DNA from: an uncultured delta proteobacterium
Lineage (GTDB): Bacteria > Desulfobacterota > BSN033 > UBA1163
Length of the DNA stretch: 64,000 bases
Assembly (NCBI GenBank): GCA_963708295.1
Contig: CAVPSJ010000007.1
Location: forward strand, 1-64,000
Direction of reading: 5' to 3'
Position 1 is the stretch's first letter; each line of letters starts with the position of its first letter. The notes below the pieces were generated by a model. The model was not told the DNA's origin, did not search any database, and was given only the letters and a program-made list of their open reading frames with translations. A program made the translations under genes and the position numbers. Shown piece after piece: positions 30,735 to 40,932 of the stretch.

Positions 30735-30840
30735 TCAACGTAGGAATAATCACAGAAATTTTAAGCCCTGAGCCTTCAGCTTTGAGCCTTCCTAATTTCT
30801 GTAGCGTGGGGCGGGTCTCCGCAATCCTGTGTCGTCTGGT

Positions 30841-31329
30841 TCACCTCAGCTTCATGGCCATGACCCTTTCATAGTTATCGGTATCACAAAACTCGAATCC
30901 GACCTTATGGTAAAGCTTAATGGCTATGAAATTTGAGACCCTTACGGTCAGCCAGACCGATTCGAAGTCGAGGGCTCTGAACTTTTCAAGGATGAACCGC
31001 GCCAGCTCTGTCCCGATCCCGAGGTTTCTGTGGTTTTGATTCACGAAAACTACAAGTTCACCCGATTTCACTTTCACATCCGGGATCAGCACAGCATGGC
31101 CGATGACTTCATTGCCTCTCCAGGCGAGGGCATTCAAACCTATTCTGGCAAGCGTCTTCAGCCAGTTCCGACAAGTTTCAGGGTCTTCAGGCGGAAGCCC
31201 CTGGGAGGCAGGCTTCGGAGAGAAGGTACGGTACATCTCTAGGAGGGGTGGAAAATCTTCAATACCATAAATCCCCAATTGGAAGGAATTCGCCGATTTG
31301 TCAGTCTTGGTGATACGCTCTGTCCTCAT
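30841..31329 (-). CDS. GNAT N-acetyltransferase
   Basis: 'FVNQNHRNLGIGT', 'N..AIKLYHKVGF'. Confidence 0.8.
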   Translation of the reverse strand: MRTERITKTDKSANSFQLGIYGIEDFPPLLEMYRTFSPKPASQGLPPEDPETCRNWLKTLARIGLNALAWRGNEVIGHAVLIPDVKVKSGELVVFVNQNHRNLGIGTELARFILEKFRALDFESVWLTVRVSNFIAIKLYHKVGFEFCDTDNYERVMAMKLR

Positions 31330-31730
31330 TCTGTCCTTCTGTCCATGCCTGTCCGAGGCTGAAACACCTTCCACCATTCACCGCCGGGGCGCCGATCGGT
31401 CACAGTATTTTGTTCCGCTTCTTTTTTGTAAGGGATACACTATTTTCTTTTTCTTTGTCAAGAATTTACCTATAAACGTTTAACCCTGTGCTTCCTCAGG
31501 GTGACGTTTCCTCTTGACCTGCCATCTCTTTTTCGGTATGGTTATTTTGATCAAAAGGGTTTCTATCATTTCCATTTTTGGCTCGCTGGTTTGTGGTCAC
31601 CTTCGAATCACAAAAACGGATTTGATTCTCTAAAGTCACGCTATGCGCCGCTTGTCTTCCTTCGTCCCGCAAGGTCAGGCGAAGGATGTATGCCTATGCG
31701 TTATGATATTTTTTGCACAAGGAGGAATCA

Positions 31731-32672
31731 ATGGAATACCGCAATCTCGGCAAATCGGGCCTCAAAATATCTGTCCTGGGATTGGGAGCAAACAACTTTG
31801 GCTGGTGGATCGACGAGCCCGCTTCCGCGGCAGTCATCAACCACGCGCTGGAAATCGGCGTCAATTACATCGACACTGCGGACATGTATGACACCGGAAG
31901 ATCGGAAGAATTCATCGGTCGAATCCTCAAAGGGAGGCGCAAAGAGGTTTTGATTGCCACCAAATTCGGTATGCCGATGGGTGAGGGCATCAATGACCGG
32001 GGAGGCTCGCGCTGGTACATCCTGAGGGCATTGGAGGCCAGCCTGAAAAGGCTCCAGACCGATTACGTGGACCTGTATCAAATGCATCAACCTGACCCGA
32101 CGACTTGCATCGAAGAATCTCTTCGCGCCCTTGACGATCTGGTGAAATCCGGTAAGGTGCGTTACCTCGGCTGTTCCAACTTTGCCGGCTGGCAGCTTTC
32201 AGAGGCGCTGTGGACATCCCGCATCAACAGTCTGAATTCTTTCGTAACGGTGCAACCCAAATACAACCTCTTTGAGCGCCAGATTGAACAGGAGTTGGTC
32301 CCCTGCTGCAAGGCCCACGGTATTGGCGTTATCCCCTGGGGGCCCCTTTCGGGCGGTTTCCTCACAGGCAAATATCGACGCGGTGAGCAACCTCCGACCC
32401 CGGCCCCGGGTGCAAGGCCACCCAAGGCCTTCCTTTACCTTTACAGCCCCGTGATGACGGACACGAACTGGGAAAGGCTCGCCAAGCTTGATGCCTTTGC
32501 AAGAGCCCGCGGTCGCAAAGTCGCTGACCTGGCTATCGCTTGGCTGCTCTCCCACCCCTGGCTGAGTACGGTGATTCCCGGCGCCACAAAGCCGGAGCAG
32601 CTGGATGCAAACCTCATCGGCGCCGAATGGAAACTGACCCCGGAGGAAGTCGCCCAGATCGAGCAGATATAG
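31731..32672 (+). CDS. Aldo/keto reductase
   Basis: 'YRNLGKSGLKIS', 'IDTADMY', 'SLKRLQTDYVDLYQMH', 'GCSN', 'IPGATK'. Confidence 0.93.
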   Translation: MEYRNLGKSGLKISVLGLGANNFGWWIDEPASAAVINHALEIGVNYIDTADMYDTGRSEEFIGRILKGRRKEVLIATKFGMPMGEGINDRGGSRWYILRALEASLKRLQTDYVDLYQMHQPDPTTCIEESLRALDDLVKSGKVRYLGCSNFAGWQLSEALWTSRINSLNSFVTVQPKYNLFERQIEQELVPCCKAHGIGVIPWGPLSGGFLTGKYRRGEQPPTPAPGARPPKAFLYLYSPVMTDTNWERLAKLDAFARARGRKVADLAIAWLLSHPWLSTVIPGATKPEQLDANLIGAEWKLTPEEVAQIEQI

Positions 32673-32710
32673 TTTTGAATTCCGAGATCCGCACCAATGA
32701 GATGATCTCC

Positions 32711-34252
32711 TCACTCCGGCTGCTTCAGATACATTTCGAGGCGGCAATTGAAGCCTCCGAGATCAATCACCTTCCGGTACTTCAATTTGAGCGATGGGTC
32801 CAGGGGTTCTATGCGCAGGGGGTTGGCAAATATGAGCCGTCCCCCAGGCTTTAACACTTCGGCAGCGGCGACAAAAAGATCCCCAAACAATCCGCGGAGG
32901 TTGGGGATACGAATTCGCCTTCCCATGGGAGGGTTGGTGATGATGAGGGTAACGCTCTTGGGTCCCAGGCCTTCCATCTTGACATGGTCGCGAAAATCAC
33001 AGCAGGCGAGCTTCGCCCGAATGTTCTTCAATTTCGCGGCGGCAAGGTTGGCCCGGCAAATGGCAATGGCATCGGGGCTGAGATCCGTTCCGTAGATGCT
33101 CTGTACGCCGCCCAGCAGTGCCCTTTCTATTAGCTCTAAACCCGATCCGCAGAACGGGTCCCAGACGATCTCATGGTTGTCCCTTCTGCCCAGGCGGGCC
33201 ATACAGGCGGCCAACGGAGGGTGGGAGGCTGCACGAATGTCCTGCTCGCGATAGGTAAATCGCGGATCGGGCGTCAGCTTCGGGCGCAATTCGACAGAAA
33301 TTCCATGTCCGGTGGGGAGGAAATCCATCGACCAGGGAGCGCTTCGCGGATCGTTGAGAATGTCCGGGCACATCGCATAGGCCCGATTCGCCAGGAGACG
33401 AACAGCGCCCCTCTGGTGCCCCTTGTCAACAAACTCCAGACGATAGCGAATGGATCCCTCTGTGAAAGCTGCCAGAACAGATCGCGACAGGGGCGAAGTC
33501 ATCATTGACGCCAGACCATCAAGGGACTCTGTCGGGTCGGACTTCCGAACCTGGCCAAGAAAAAAGCCAACGGTGGCAAAACATCGAAGGGTATAAATGT
33601 CGTCCAGAGAAAAGGGCGCCACCGGTGTGATCGCGACCAGGCCGCTCCGCACCTCTACGATGCGGAATTTCCCGTGCTTCGCCGTATCCTCTTTCACTTC
33701 ATCGTGGAGAATCTCTTCCAGCCCCTTGCGGCAGTGCAAATGGATCCGCAAGCGGGTGAAATCGGAGAGGATCCTTTCCATTCGAATGACGCTCGGCCTT
33801 TCCCTGCGCGCCACACTGGCTTTCACCTTCTGTTCGGTTTGTGGAAGGAAGCCACGGTCCCCGGCCACGACATCCAGCGTAGCCGTTCCGCCGATTTTTT
33901 CCAGAGCCTGACCCAGGTATTTCTTCTCGCGCTCGACCGTGGTTGTCCGCAACAAGGAAAGCAGCGTCTCTTCCTCCCTGGTGCCGGCGCCAAGCTTTGG
34001 CAACGCCGTCATGGCATAGCGTCTCACTTTCTCGCTTGGATCCTGCAATAGACGAACAAGCCACGACCTCGCCTCGGCTTTCTGCTTCGCAGTCCCCACC
34101 TCGGAAAAGACGACGCCCACTGCGCGAATGACCGCCACTCGTTTTACTCGCTCCTCGGGAGTGGATCGATCGAACCGTGCGACCTCGTCGTTCCATAACC
34201 TTTCACACGATAAGCCGCGCAACCCGCGATAAAGTTCCTTGTCGGTTTTCAT
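32711..34252 (-). CDS. HEAT-repeat + class I SAM methyltransferase (TRM11/RlmL-like catalytic domain)
   Basis: 'LLQDPSEKVRRYAMTALPKLG' HEAT; 'AASHPPLAACM', 'WDPFCGSG', 'ITNPPMG'. Confidence 0.75.
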   Translation of the reverse strand: MKTDKELYRGLRGLSCERLWNDEVARFDRSTPEERVKRVAVIRAVGVVFSEVGTAKQKAEARSWLVRLLQDPSEKVRRYAMTALPKLGAGTREEETLLSLLRTTTVEREKKYLGQALEKIGGTATLDVVAGDRGFLPQTEQKVKASVARRERPSVIRMERILSDFTRLRIHLHCRKGLEEILHDEVKEDTAKHGKFRIVEVRSGLVAITPVAPFSLDDIYTLRCFATVGFFLGQVRKSDPTESLDGLASMMTSPLSRSVLAAFTEGSIRYRLEFVDKGHQRGAVRLLANRAYAMCPDILNDPRSAPWSMDFLPTGHGISVELRPKLTPDPRFTYREQDIRAASHPPLAACMARLGRRDNHEIVWDPFCGSGLELIERALLGGVQSIYGTDLSPDAIAICRANLAAAKLKNIRAKLACCDFRDHVKMEGLGPKSVTLIITNPPMGRRIRIPNLRGLFGDLFVAAAEVLKPGGRLIFANPLRIEPLDPSLKLKYRKVIDLGGFNCRLEMYLKQPE

Positions 34253-34490
34253 GGGCGAATGGAAACAGGGGGTTATTTCTAAACAATCTCCGAAACGCAA
34301 ATAAAATGGTAGCACAAACCTCCTTAAAGAATCCACATCGCCCGTAACCTCATCGGGCTGTCGAGTGATTCAACGGAATCATCGATCTTTCCCTTTTCTT
34401 GGCAACTTTCCCGGAGGTTGCCGTCAACATTCCGAAATGCAAAGAGCAAATCAAGGAATCAGGAACCAGAGGGGAGTGGGGTGGGACTAA

Positions 34491-34997
34491 TTAGAAAAAT
34501 GAGATTCTGGATCCAAATACCATTTGATAAAGGAATAAGGCCAGGAGCAGTATATTCAGAAGGAGGGAGGCGGTGAGAAGTCCTTTTGTGATTTTGTTGC
34601 CGGACTTCGTCTGCTTTTGATCGACCGGAATCGTTTTATCCGCGAGCGCAGCCCTGCTCTCCGCTTCTTCTCGCTCATCGAGAATCTTCGTGATCGTTCG
34701 GGTCAGTTTTTCATAATCCAGTTCCTTCTTCTCTTTGGGAATCGCTTCCTTAATCAGGTCGAGAAGTTCAGCTCGGATGGCGTCCGTAATTCCTTTCTTC
34801 AGTTTGGAAGAGAGTCGCTCCACCTCTTTTCGGATGGACTGCTCCGCTTGTCTTGATATTCCGTCCGCGGTTGTCTTTAGTTTCGCGGTGATCTCGGAAT
34901 CAACGGCCGCCTGTAGTTCCTCCTTAATATATTTTGCATAGATCTCCCCGAAGATTTCCTGTATTTCGGTTTTGTATTCCTGGCTTAAGCTCCCCAT
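34491..34997 (-). CDS. Helical/coiled-coil protein with C-terminal TM anchor
   Basis: Charged helical body, then 'GLLTASLLLNILLLALFLY'; third gene of the dynamin-like operon. Confidence 0.7.
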   Translation of the reverse strand: MGSLSQEYKTEIQEIFGEIYAKYIKEELQAAVDSEITAKLKTTADGISRQAEQSIRKEVERLSSKLKKGITDAIRAELLDLIKEAIPKEKKELDYEKLTRTITKILDEREEAESRAALADKTIPVDQKQTKSGNKITKGLLTASLLLNILLLALFLYQMVFGSRISFF

Positions 34998-35021
34998 GGC
35001 CCGGGCTTCCCCTCCGACGAT

Positions 35022-36866
35022 TTAGTGATCGGTATATTCGAGATATTTTAGGATTCCCCAGAGTTCCAGAAATCCTTTCAGCTTGATGTCGGTGCCGTCG
35101 TTTTTCCGGGGTTCTCTCCAGCCCCGGAGGGCTTTTAAAAAATCCTGCCTCAGTTGACCGTTCATCTGGGTCAGTGCGCCCGTGCTCTTCAACATTTCCT
35201 TCCCAAACAAGGACAGTTTCTTGAATTCCTCCTCGGCTTGACCCAGTTCCGCTGCCGCCCGTTCCTTTTTCTCTTCGTATTCCTGCGCGATGTCCCTTTC
35301 CCAGCCTCGTTTGAGCTCGCTGAATTGCTTTTGGACCGAAGCCTCAAGTTCTTCGATGTAATTTCTCAAGGGGGCGACCGGAACGCAATCCAACCCCTGC
35401 GCAAAAGACGTTTTCAGCTCTCGATTGACTCCCATATGGCAGAAATCCTTGATGTTTGACCAGAGCGGGTTTACCTTTAACTCTAATATTTTTTCTCTTA
35501 CACCCTTACTGTGAAATAATGCGGCTAAGAGAGAAGAGATTTCTTCCGGTTTCAGCGCCGAGTTTTTTATCTTGCTCCCGAGTTTATCGACCAGCGCGGA
35601 AACATAATCAGCCAAGTCTCTGACACTCCGATTGTAACGGTCGTTGGATCTATTGTCTACAATCTTCTCGCAGAGGCGGTTGATTTCCTCCCTGAGACCG
35701 TCGAAATTCACGATGTCCTCCAGAACGGGAAGGCCTGCCATTCTGTCTTTCTGACGCTCTCCCAGCACCTCCAAACTCCTTTTGACCGTATCCAGGGCGC
35801 CGCGGAGGTCCTTCTTTTTTCGAGAAAGTGAAGGCCTGAAGATTTCAAGCACCTGAATCAGTTTATCGGAGGCGTTTCCAAAATTAAGCAGATGTATCTT
35901 TCTGGCGTTCTCCGCAAGATGTCTTTCGATCTCCAGCAGACTCTTTTCCGTCAGCGTTTTGTAACGGAGGTAGCCGTTCTTCTGGCTCTTGAAAACAGAA
36001 AACAAGAAGCCAGAAAAACCCAGGTCCGTCTCCCTGGCATAGGTCAGGAATTTTTCGCGAATGAAAGTCTCGGGGTCCTCCAGGCCATGATCGCGGCAAG
36101 TCTTATCGAGCTGGTCAAAGAAATTCGAGACAAAGACGAGCCTTTCCCTTTCGATTTCTCGAGTCAGATGGCGGTTGTCATCCAAGACTTTCAGAGATTC
36201 CGACAGGTTGGGTTCGTTTCCGATCAGTATCCACAGAATGAGAGAGTGGTTAAACATTCTCACCGTCACTTCCTCTTCCGTCTCGGATTTCCACGACGCC
36301 AGCCCTGGCGTATCGTAAATCATATAATCTTTAAAAAACCTTACCGGGTAAAAGAGATCGATATAGTCGATGTGCTGAATCGGGTCGTATTCCCGTTCCG
36401 GATCGGCTTGGATGAGCCTGTGAAAGAGCTCGATGCCGGGCTCAGCCTCAAGAGGGATCTCAATACTGCTTTTTTTCTCGTCGAACCTTGCTTCATCCCA
36501 GCAGACCTCTTTCCTGAGGGACGCCGGGAGGGAACTCTGGGGGGAAAGTTTGAGGGAAGCCTTCTTTTCATTGCTGTGCTGAAGTCTTAGGATCCTGCGT
36601 GTTTCCGTCTTGCAGGTTTCAGGAATCACTTTGAGCCCGTCGCCCTCAAGGATGTAGTTCAGGAAGGAGGACTTCCCGGAACTCGTTTTCCCTGCGAGGT
36701 AGATGCTTTTTCGTTTCGAGGAAATCTCCTCGATGAAAAGCTCTACGAGCCTGACCAATCTCCGGCCTTCTTTCTCCTCGACCAATCCCCATTCGTCGGA
36801 GTCTCTGACGCATTGCAGCGTCTCAGCGAGTTGCCCCGCATAGGGACTGATGGCGTCAACCAACAT
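35022..36866 (-). CDS. Dynamin-like GTPase (bacterial DLP) B
   Basis: G1 'AGKTSSGKSSFLN', G2 'TET', G3 'YDTPG', G4-like 'NFFD'; long C-terminal coiled coil. Confidence 0.8.
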   Translation of the reverse strand: MLVDAISPYAGQLAETLQCVRDSDEWGLVEEKEGRRLVRLVELFIEEISSKRKSIYLAGKTSSGKSSFLNYILEGDGLKVIPETCKTETRRILRLQHSNEKKASLKLSPQSSLPASLRKEVCWDEARFDEKKSSIEIPLEAEPGIELFHRLIQADPEREYDPIQHIDYIDLFYPVRFFKDYMIYDTPGLASWKSETEEEVTVRMFNHSLILWILIGNEPNLSESLKVLDDNRHLTREIERERLVFVSNFFDQLDKTCRDHGLEDPETFIREKFLTYARETDLGFSGFLFSVFKSQKNGYLRYKTLTEKSLLEIERHLAENARKIHLLNFGNASDKLIQVLEIFRPSLSRKKKDLRGALDTVKRSLEVLGERQKDRMAGLPVLEDIVNFDGLREEINRLCEKIVDNRSNDRYNRSVRDLADYVSALVDKLGSKIKNSALKPEEISSLLAALFHSKGVREKILELKVNPLWSNIKDFCHMGVNRELKTSFAQGLDCVPVAPLRNYIEELEASVQKQFSELKRGWERDIAQEYEEKKERAAAELGQAEEEFKKLSLFGKEMLKSTGALTQMNGQLRQDFLKALRGWREPRKNDGTDIKLKGFLELWGILKYLEYTDH

Positions 36867-36937
36867 TTATTCCACTCTCCTGAAGGTCGTTTGAACACCG
36901 CCCCCACAAATCACCGCAGAGGGGAACCCTAGAACCT

Positions 36938-39265
36938 TTACCCTCCATGATTGGATTCCGCATCGGGAGGAGGAAGGGGGCCAGAGGTTTTGAATTGAAG
37001 CTGATAGGTCTCGAAGATATGGATCGCGCGATCGCAAAGCCCCATGCCCTTTGAAGCCTCATCGGATTCCCTGCTTTTCGGCTTAAATGTTTCTTCCAAT
37101 CCTTCGAAGATCGCATTCTGGACCTCTTCATAGGTCGGTTCAAGAATTTTCTTAAAATGGTCAAAGAAGTCGTCTTGGTTCTCCACGATGGCGCTTTCCA
37201 GCTTTCCCTTCAGCTCATCCAGCATGTCGTTCAGCATCAAACCGAGGTCGACCAAATCCTTGACGATCAGCAGCCATCCGACGAAAGGGATCCCTTTGGC
37301 GGGTGCAATCTCCGCCTGCTCTTTCGCGTAATCCAGGCTGAGCTTGACGAAGATTTTCCTGAACATCTTTACAAAGAGCTTCTTAAATTTGGTCATCCCC
37401 CTCTTTCTCATGTCGGAGGCTGCCATTTTTTTGACCAGGCCCCCCATCATTTTTCCCAGCTTATCCATCAGGTCCTTCACGACCTCATTGACCCCTGAGT
37501 CGTCAAACCTGGCGTGCTTGACGCCGCCCTTCGCGTTCACCCCGTCGCGTTTTCCCTTTCCTATTCTGAATTCCTTCGTTCCGATCTTTTCGCCGCCAAG
37601 AGATCCCAGAGTGACCTCAGCAATGATATTCTTGACCTCCTCGACCGCCTCCGCAATGAGGCGCTCCGTCTTCGCCTCCGCCAGGGTTTCGAACTCCGCA
37701 TCGATAATCCTGCTGATCTCCCTCATCACAGGCCCCTCGTCATCGCCCCGGAAAATCTGTGGAGTCATCTGCTTTAAGAATTCTTTCCAGAGATCTTTCT
37801 TGCCGATTCTTTTGCCGATCTCTTCGAGTATTCTCTTTACGAGATTCTCGCTCATCTGCATGGAGTACCTTTGGATTTTCGCAAGATACCACTCCCGGTA
37901 GTTCCGGCGGATCGCCTCCTTCAAGGCCTCCCTTTTCTCCCGCTCCTTTGCAAATGCCCGATCTTTTTCCTCGATGACCTTCTGGTATTCACCCCTTTTT
38001 CCATTTATGGCCGACAGGATATTCTGTTGCCCGTAGAGACGGGTCACTCCGTTTTTGACCCTCGCGATCTTCTCTTGAAGCGACCGGTTGAAAATCACCT
38101 CCTGCGCAAAGTGCTCGATGGCAGGCAGCATGGAGCTCTCGAAGGAAAGGGATCTCCCTTTTTCCGTCAGGACATATCCGCGGTCCTTCTTTTTGATAAA
38201 ACGATTTGTGTAAAGCCAATGGAGGAACCGGTCTCTGTCGAATGGAGCCTTTTTTTCTGTCAGGCCACCGTCGTCACAGCCGTTCCAAAGTGAAAATTCG
38301 TTCATCACGGAATCCTCATCGGAAAATGGAAATCCATGGCTCAAATAGTTCCAAACCATTCTTAACCCGGCTTCCTCGCCCGGCAGAATGTCATCCGAGT
38401 TGGCGAGGATTTGGTCGGGCTTCATCCCCAGTGCGGATTCAGCCGCCAGCCCGTTATAAACGAAAAAACAGATGCGTTCCTTTCCTCCAAACTCCTTTCT
38501 GAGAAGCAACTTCTTCTCGGTCTCTTCAAAAAATTCCTTAAGCACATCCCTCACTCCGTTCACACCGTCGCTCTGGTAGAGATCGTCGGCGAATCCGAGG
38601 ACACCGATAATGTTTCCATTATCCCGATGGATCAGGGGAATCAGTCTCGTGTTGAATGAATCGAGGATCTGGTTCCGTTTGTTCATCCATACAACCAGAT
38701 CCGCCCCTATGAATAAGTGCTTGATTTTCTGTAGAAAATCCGCAGTCACGGTGTTCAATCCGGGCGTATTAATGAATTGAATCGACTGGAGCAGCGGATT
38801 GCGGGAATAGATTTCAAAGAATGCGATCGAGTCCCGATAAGCGGCGTTTTTCTTAAGCTCGCCGTTGGTGCTCAAGTCGATGCGTTTGTAGAATTCATCG
38901 CGGCTGATCCATTCCTCCGTATAAACACCTTCTCGGTCGGTGAAATACTTGACGCTGGCCTTCTTCTCTAGCTCGGCATTTTCCGTGTGGGACAGTTTGA
39001 TGATACTTCCTTCTGTTTCATCATAATGGCTGGTCATAATGGGCTCACCGAGCAGAAGGTTAATGAGGGTAGATTTTCCCGTTCCTTGCACACCGACGAC
39101 GGCTATCTTAAAGGGTTCGGTGAGAGAATCCCTGAGCGCGTCTATTTTCTCCAGCCCTTCACCGAAGATTTCAAGAAGATCCTTCTGCCCCGCCCTGGAT
39201 TTCATTAAGGCCTTTAATTCGTCCGACATGGCTGTCAGGGTATCGGCAATCCTCTCTCTCTCCAA
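36938..39265 (-). CDS. Dynamin-like GTPase (bacterial DLP) A
   Basis: G1 'VVGVQGTGKSTLIN', G3-like 'INTPG', helical stalk, hydrophobic paddle 'GIPFVGWLLIV'; likely TTG start at 39265 after GGAG. Confidence 0.8.
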   Translation of the reverse strand: MERERIADTLTAMSDELKALMKSRAGQKDLLEIFGEGLEKIDALRDSLTEPFKIAVVGVQGTGKSTLINLLLGEPIMTSHYDETEGSIIKLSHTENAELEKKASVKYFTDREGVYTEEWISRDEFYKRIDLSTNGELKKNAAYRDSIAFFEIYSRNPLLQSIQFINTPGLNTVTADFLQKIKHLFIGADLVVWMNKRNQILDSFNTRLIPLIHRDNGNIIGVLGFADDLYQSDGVNGVRDVLKEFFEETEKKLLLRKEFGGKERICFFVYNGLAAESALGMKPDQILANSDDILPGEEAGLRMVWNYLSHGFPFSDEDSVMNEFSLWNGCDDGGLTEKKAPFDRDRFLHWLYTNRFIKKKDRGYVLTEKGRSLSFESSMLPAIEHFAQEVIFNRSLQEKIARVKNGVTRLYGQQNILSAINGKRGEYQKVIEEKDRAFAKEREKREALKEAIRRNYREWYLAKIQRYSMQMSENLVKRILEEIGKRIGKKDLWKEFLKQMTPQIFRGDDEGPVMREISRIIDAEFETLAEAKTERLIAEAVEEVKNIIAEVTLGSLGGEKIGTKEFRIGKGKRDGVNAKGGVKHARFDDSGVNEVVKDLMDKLGKMMGGLVKKMAASDMRKRGMTKFKKLFVKMFRKIFVKLSLDYAKEQAEIAPAKGIPFVGWLLIVKDLVDLGLMLNDMLDELKGKLESAIVENQDDFFDHFKKILEPTYEEVQNAIFEGLEETFKPKSRESDEASKGMGLCDRAIHIFETYQLQFKTSGPLPPPDAESNHGG

Positions 39266-39411
39266 ATTTCGTTCTCCAAAGTCGCCCCCTTTTTCCAAAA
39301 CTTCCTCTCTCCTCAAAAGCGAATGACCAGGCTTATTTGAAATGGAATTTCCTCTCGCTCTTTGCAACGTTGTCGCAGGATATGGGAGATTCTTCACGGT
39401 GGCAATAATCA

Positions 39412-39427
39412 AGCATTTTTTGTGCCA
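39412..39427 (-). promoter_or_regulatory. sigma54 -24/-12 promoter of the dynamin-like operon
   Basis: Minus strand TGGCAC-AAAAA-ATGCT. Confidence 0.6.
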
Positions 39428-39537
39428 GAAGTGGACGTCTATAACTGCATGGTTTAAAAGGCTTTCTGCCAAAAAGAGGAAATCGAACTGGTCAGAAATC
39501 GGCCAAAAATGTCCTAAGTGTGATGAATTGTACTAAA

Positions 39538-39676
39538 GGGATAAGGAAGGTTAAAGAAGGAAAAAGAAGATAGGGATGCGGTGATAGGGGACCAAAAAGA
39601 ATATGATGGAGAGTCAGGGAAATGAGGGGATGGAACCACCTCTCCCCATCTCCTTATCACCCTATTCCCCCATCTG
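39538..39676. repeat. Inverted arms of degenerate 8-nt purine/pyrimidine-rich repeats downstream of argJ
   Basis: gatagggat gcggtgat agggg..gagagtca gggaaatg aggggatg / tctcccca tctcctta tcacccta ttccccca. Confidence 0.6.
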
Positions 39677-39680
39677 TCTA

Positions 39681-40901
39681 TTAGGAGCGATAGGAGGCGT
39701 TAATTTTGACATAATCGATGGAGAAATCGGAAGTGAGGACTGAGAATTCGCTCTTGCCCTGATGGAGATCAACCGTAACCTTGAAGGATTTGTTTTTGAG
39801 AGTCTGACCGGCCCGCTCTTCTATCCTACCGCCTACTCCCATTCCTTTTTTCACGATGGGAGCTTTATCAAAATAGACGTCAACTTTGTTCGGATCGATG
39901 TGCGCGCCGGAATAGCCCAGAGCGCAAAGAATCCTCCCCCAGTTGGCATCCTCCCCGAAGAATGCCGTCTTCACCAGCGGCGAATGGGCAACCGAATAAG
40001 CCGCCTGTTTGGCCTCTTCCTTGTTTCGGGCACCCCGGATCAGGATTTCGACGAATTTCGTCGCCCCCTCTCCATCCTTTACCACACTTTCGGCCAGACT
40101 CCGGCAGACTTTTGAAAGCATCGACTGGAATGCCTCGCCATCCCGGTCCATACGGCTCAAAAAGGGATGGCCTGCCTTTCCGTTGGCTAAAAGCAATACC
40201 GTGTCATTGGTACTGGTTTCCCCGTCCACCGTAATCCGGTTGTACGATGCCTCAGCCGCCTCTCTCAGCATTCGTTGGAGAAGGGGAGTTTTAATGCGGG
40301 CGTCCGTGACCAGGAAGGAGAGCATCGTTGCCACATCGGGGCGAATCATTCCTGCGCCCTTGACCATCCCGCAGAGCTTCACCTGTTTTCCCTTGATGCG
40401 GCAGGTCGCCACTTCAACCTTCGGAAAGGTATCTGTGGTCATAATCGCTTCTACCGTACTCATCCAACCTTCCGGAGAAAGGCGAACCACCAATTCCGGA
40501 ACTCCTTCCTCAATCTTCTTGATCGGGAGGGGGCTCCCGATCACTCCGGTCGAGGAAGAAAACACCAGCCCTTCGTCGATCCCCAGGCGCTCTGCGACAA
40601 CCAAAGTCATCCTTTTGGCGTCTTCCAGCCCTCGGCTCCCCGTACAGGCATTCGCATTTCCGCTGTTCACAACGATGGCCTGGCAGAGGCCTCTCTTCAT
40701 ACGCGCTCGATCCAATTGTACGGGGGCTGCTTTCACGGCATTGGTGGTGAAAAGCCCGGCCACCTGGGCGGGAACCTCGGAATAAATCAAGCCTAAATCT
40801 CTCTTTCCATTCTTCTTAATCCCCGCGGCAATCCCTGAAAAAAGAAAACCCGGCACCCTAAAATCAAGTGGCTTCATCTTACGTCTCGCTTTTGCTCCCA
40901 T
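39681..40901 (-). CDS. argJ: Bifunctional ornithine acetyltransferase/N-acetylglutamate synthase
   Basis: 'NSGNANACTG', 'STGVIG', 'IMTTDT', 'KGAGMIRPDVATML', 'DGEGATK', 'INASYRS'. Confidence 0.96.
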   Translation of the reverse strand: MGAKARRKMKPLDFRVPGFLFSGIAAGIKKNGKRDLGLIYSEVPAQVAGLFTTNAVKAAPVQLDRARMKRGLCQAIVVNSGNANACTGSRGLEDAKRMTLVVAERLGIDEGLVFSSSTGVIGSPLPIKKIEEGVPELVVRLSPEGWMSTVEAIMTTDTFPKVEVATCRIKGKQVKLCGMVKGAGMIRPDVATMLSFLVTDARIKTPLLQRMLREAAEASYNRITVDGETSTNDTVLLLANGKAGHPFLSRMDRDGEAFQSMLSKVCRSLAESVVKDGEGATKFVEILIRGARNKEEAKQAAYSVAHSPLVKTAFFGEDANWGRILCALGYSGAHIDPNKVDVYFDKAPIVKKGMGVGGRIEERAGQTLKNKSFKVTVDLHQGKSEFSVLTSDFSIDYVKINASYRS

Positions 40902-40932
40902 TATCGATTGAATGAATCGATAGGTGGACTCA

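Noticed and set aside
39266-39472. N-terminal 69 aa of the 844-aa dynamin ORF
   Set aside because: It overlaps the sigma54 motif and lacks an SD; TTG at 39265 is the more plausible start.
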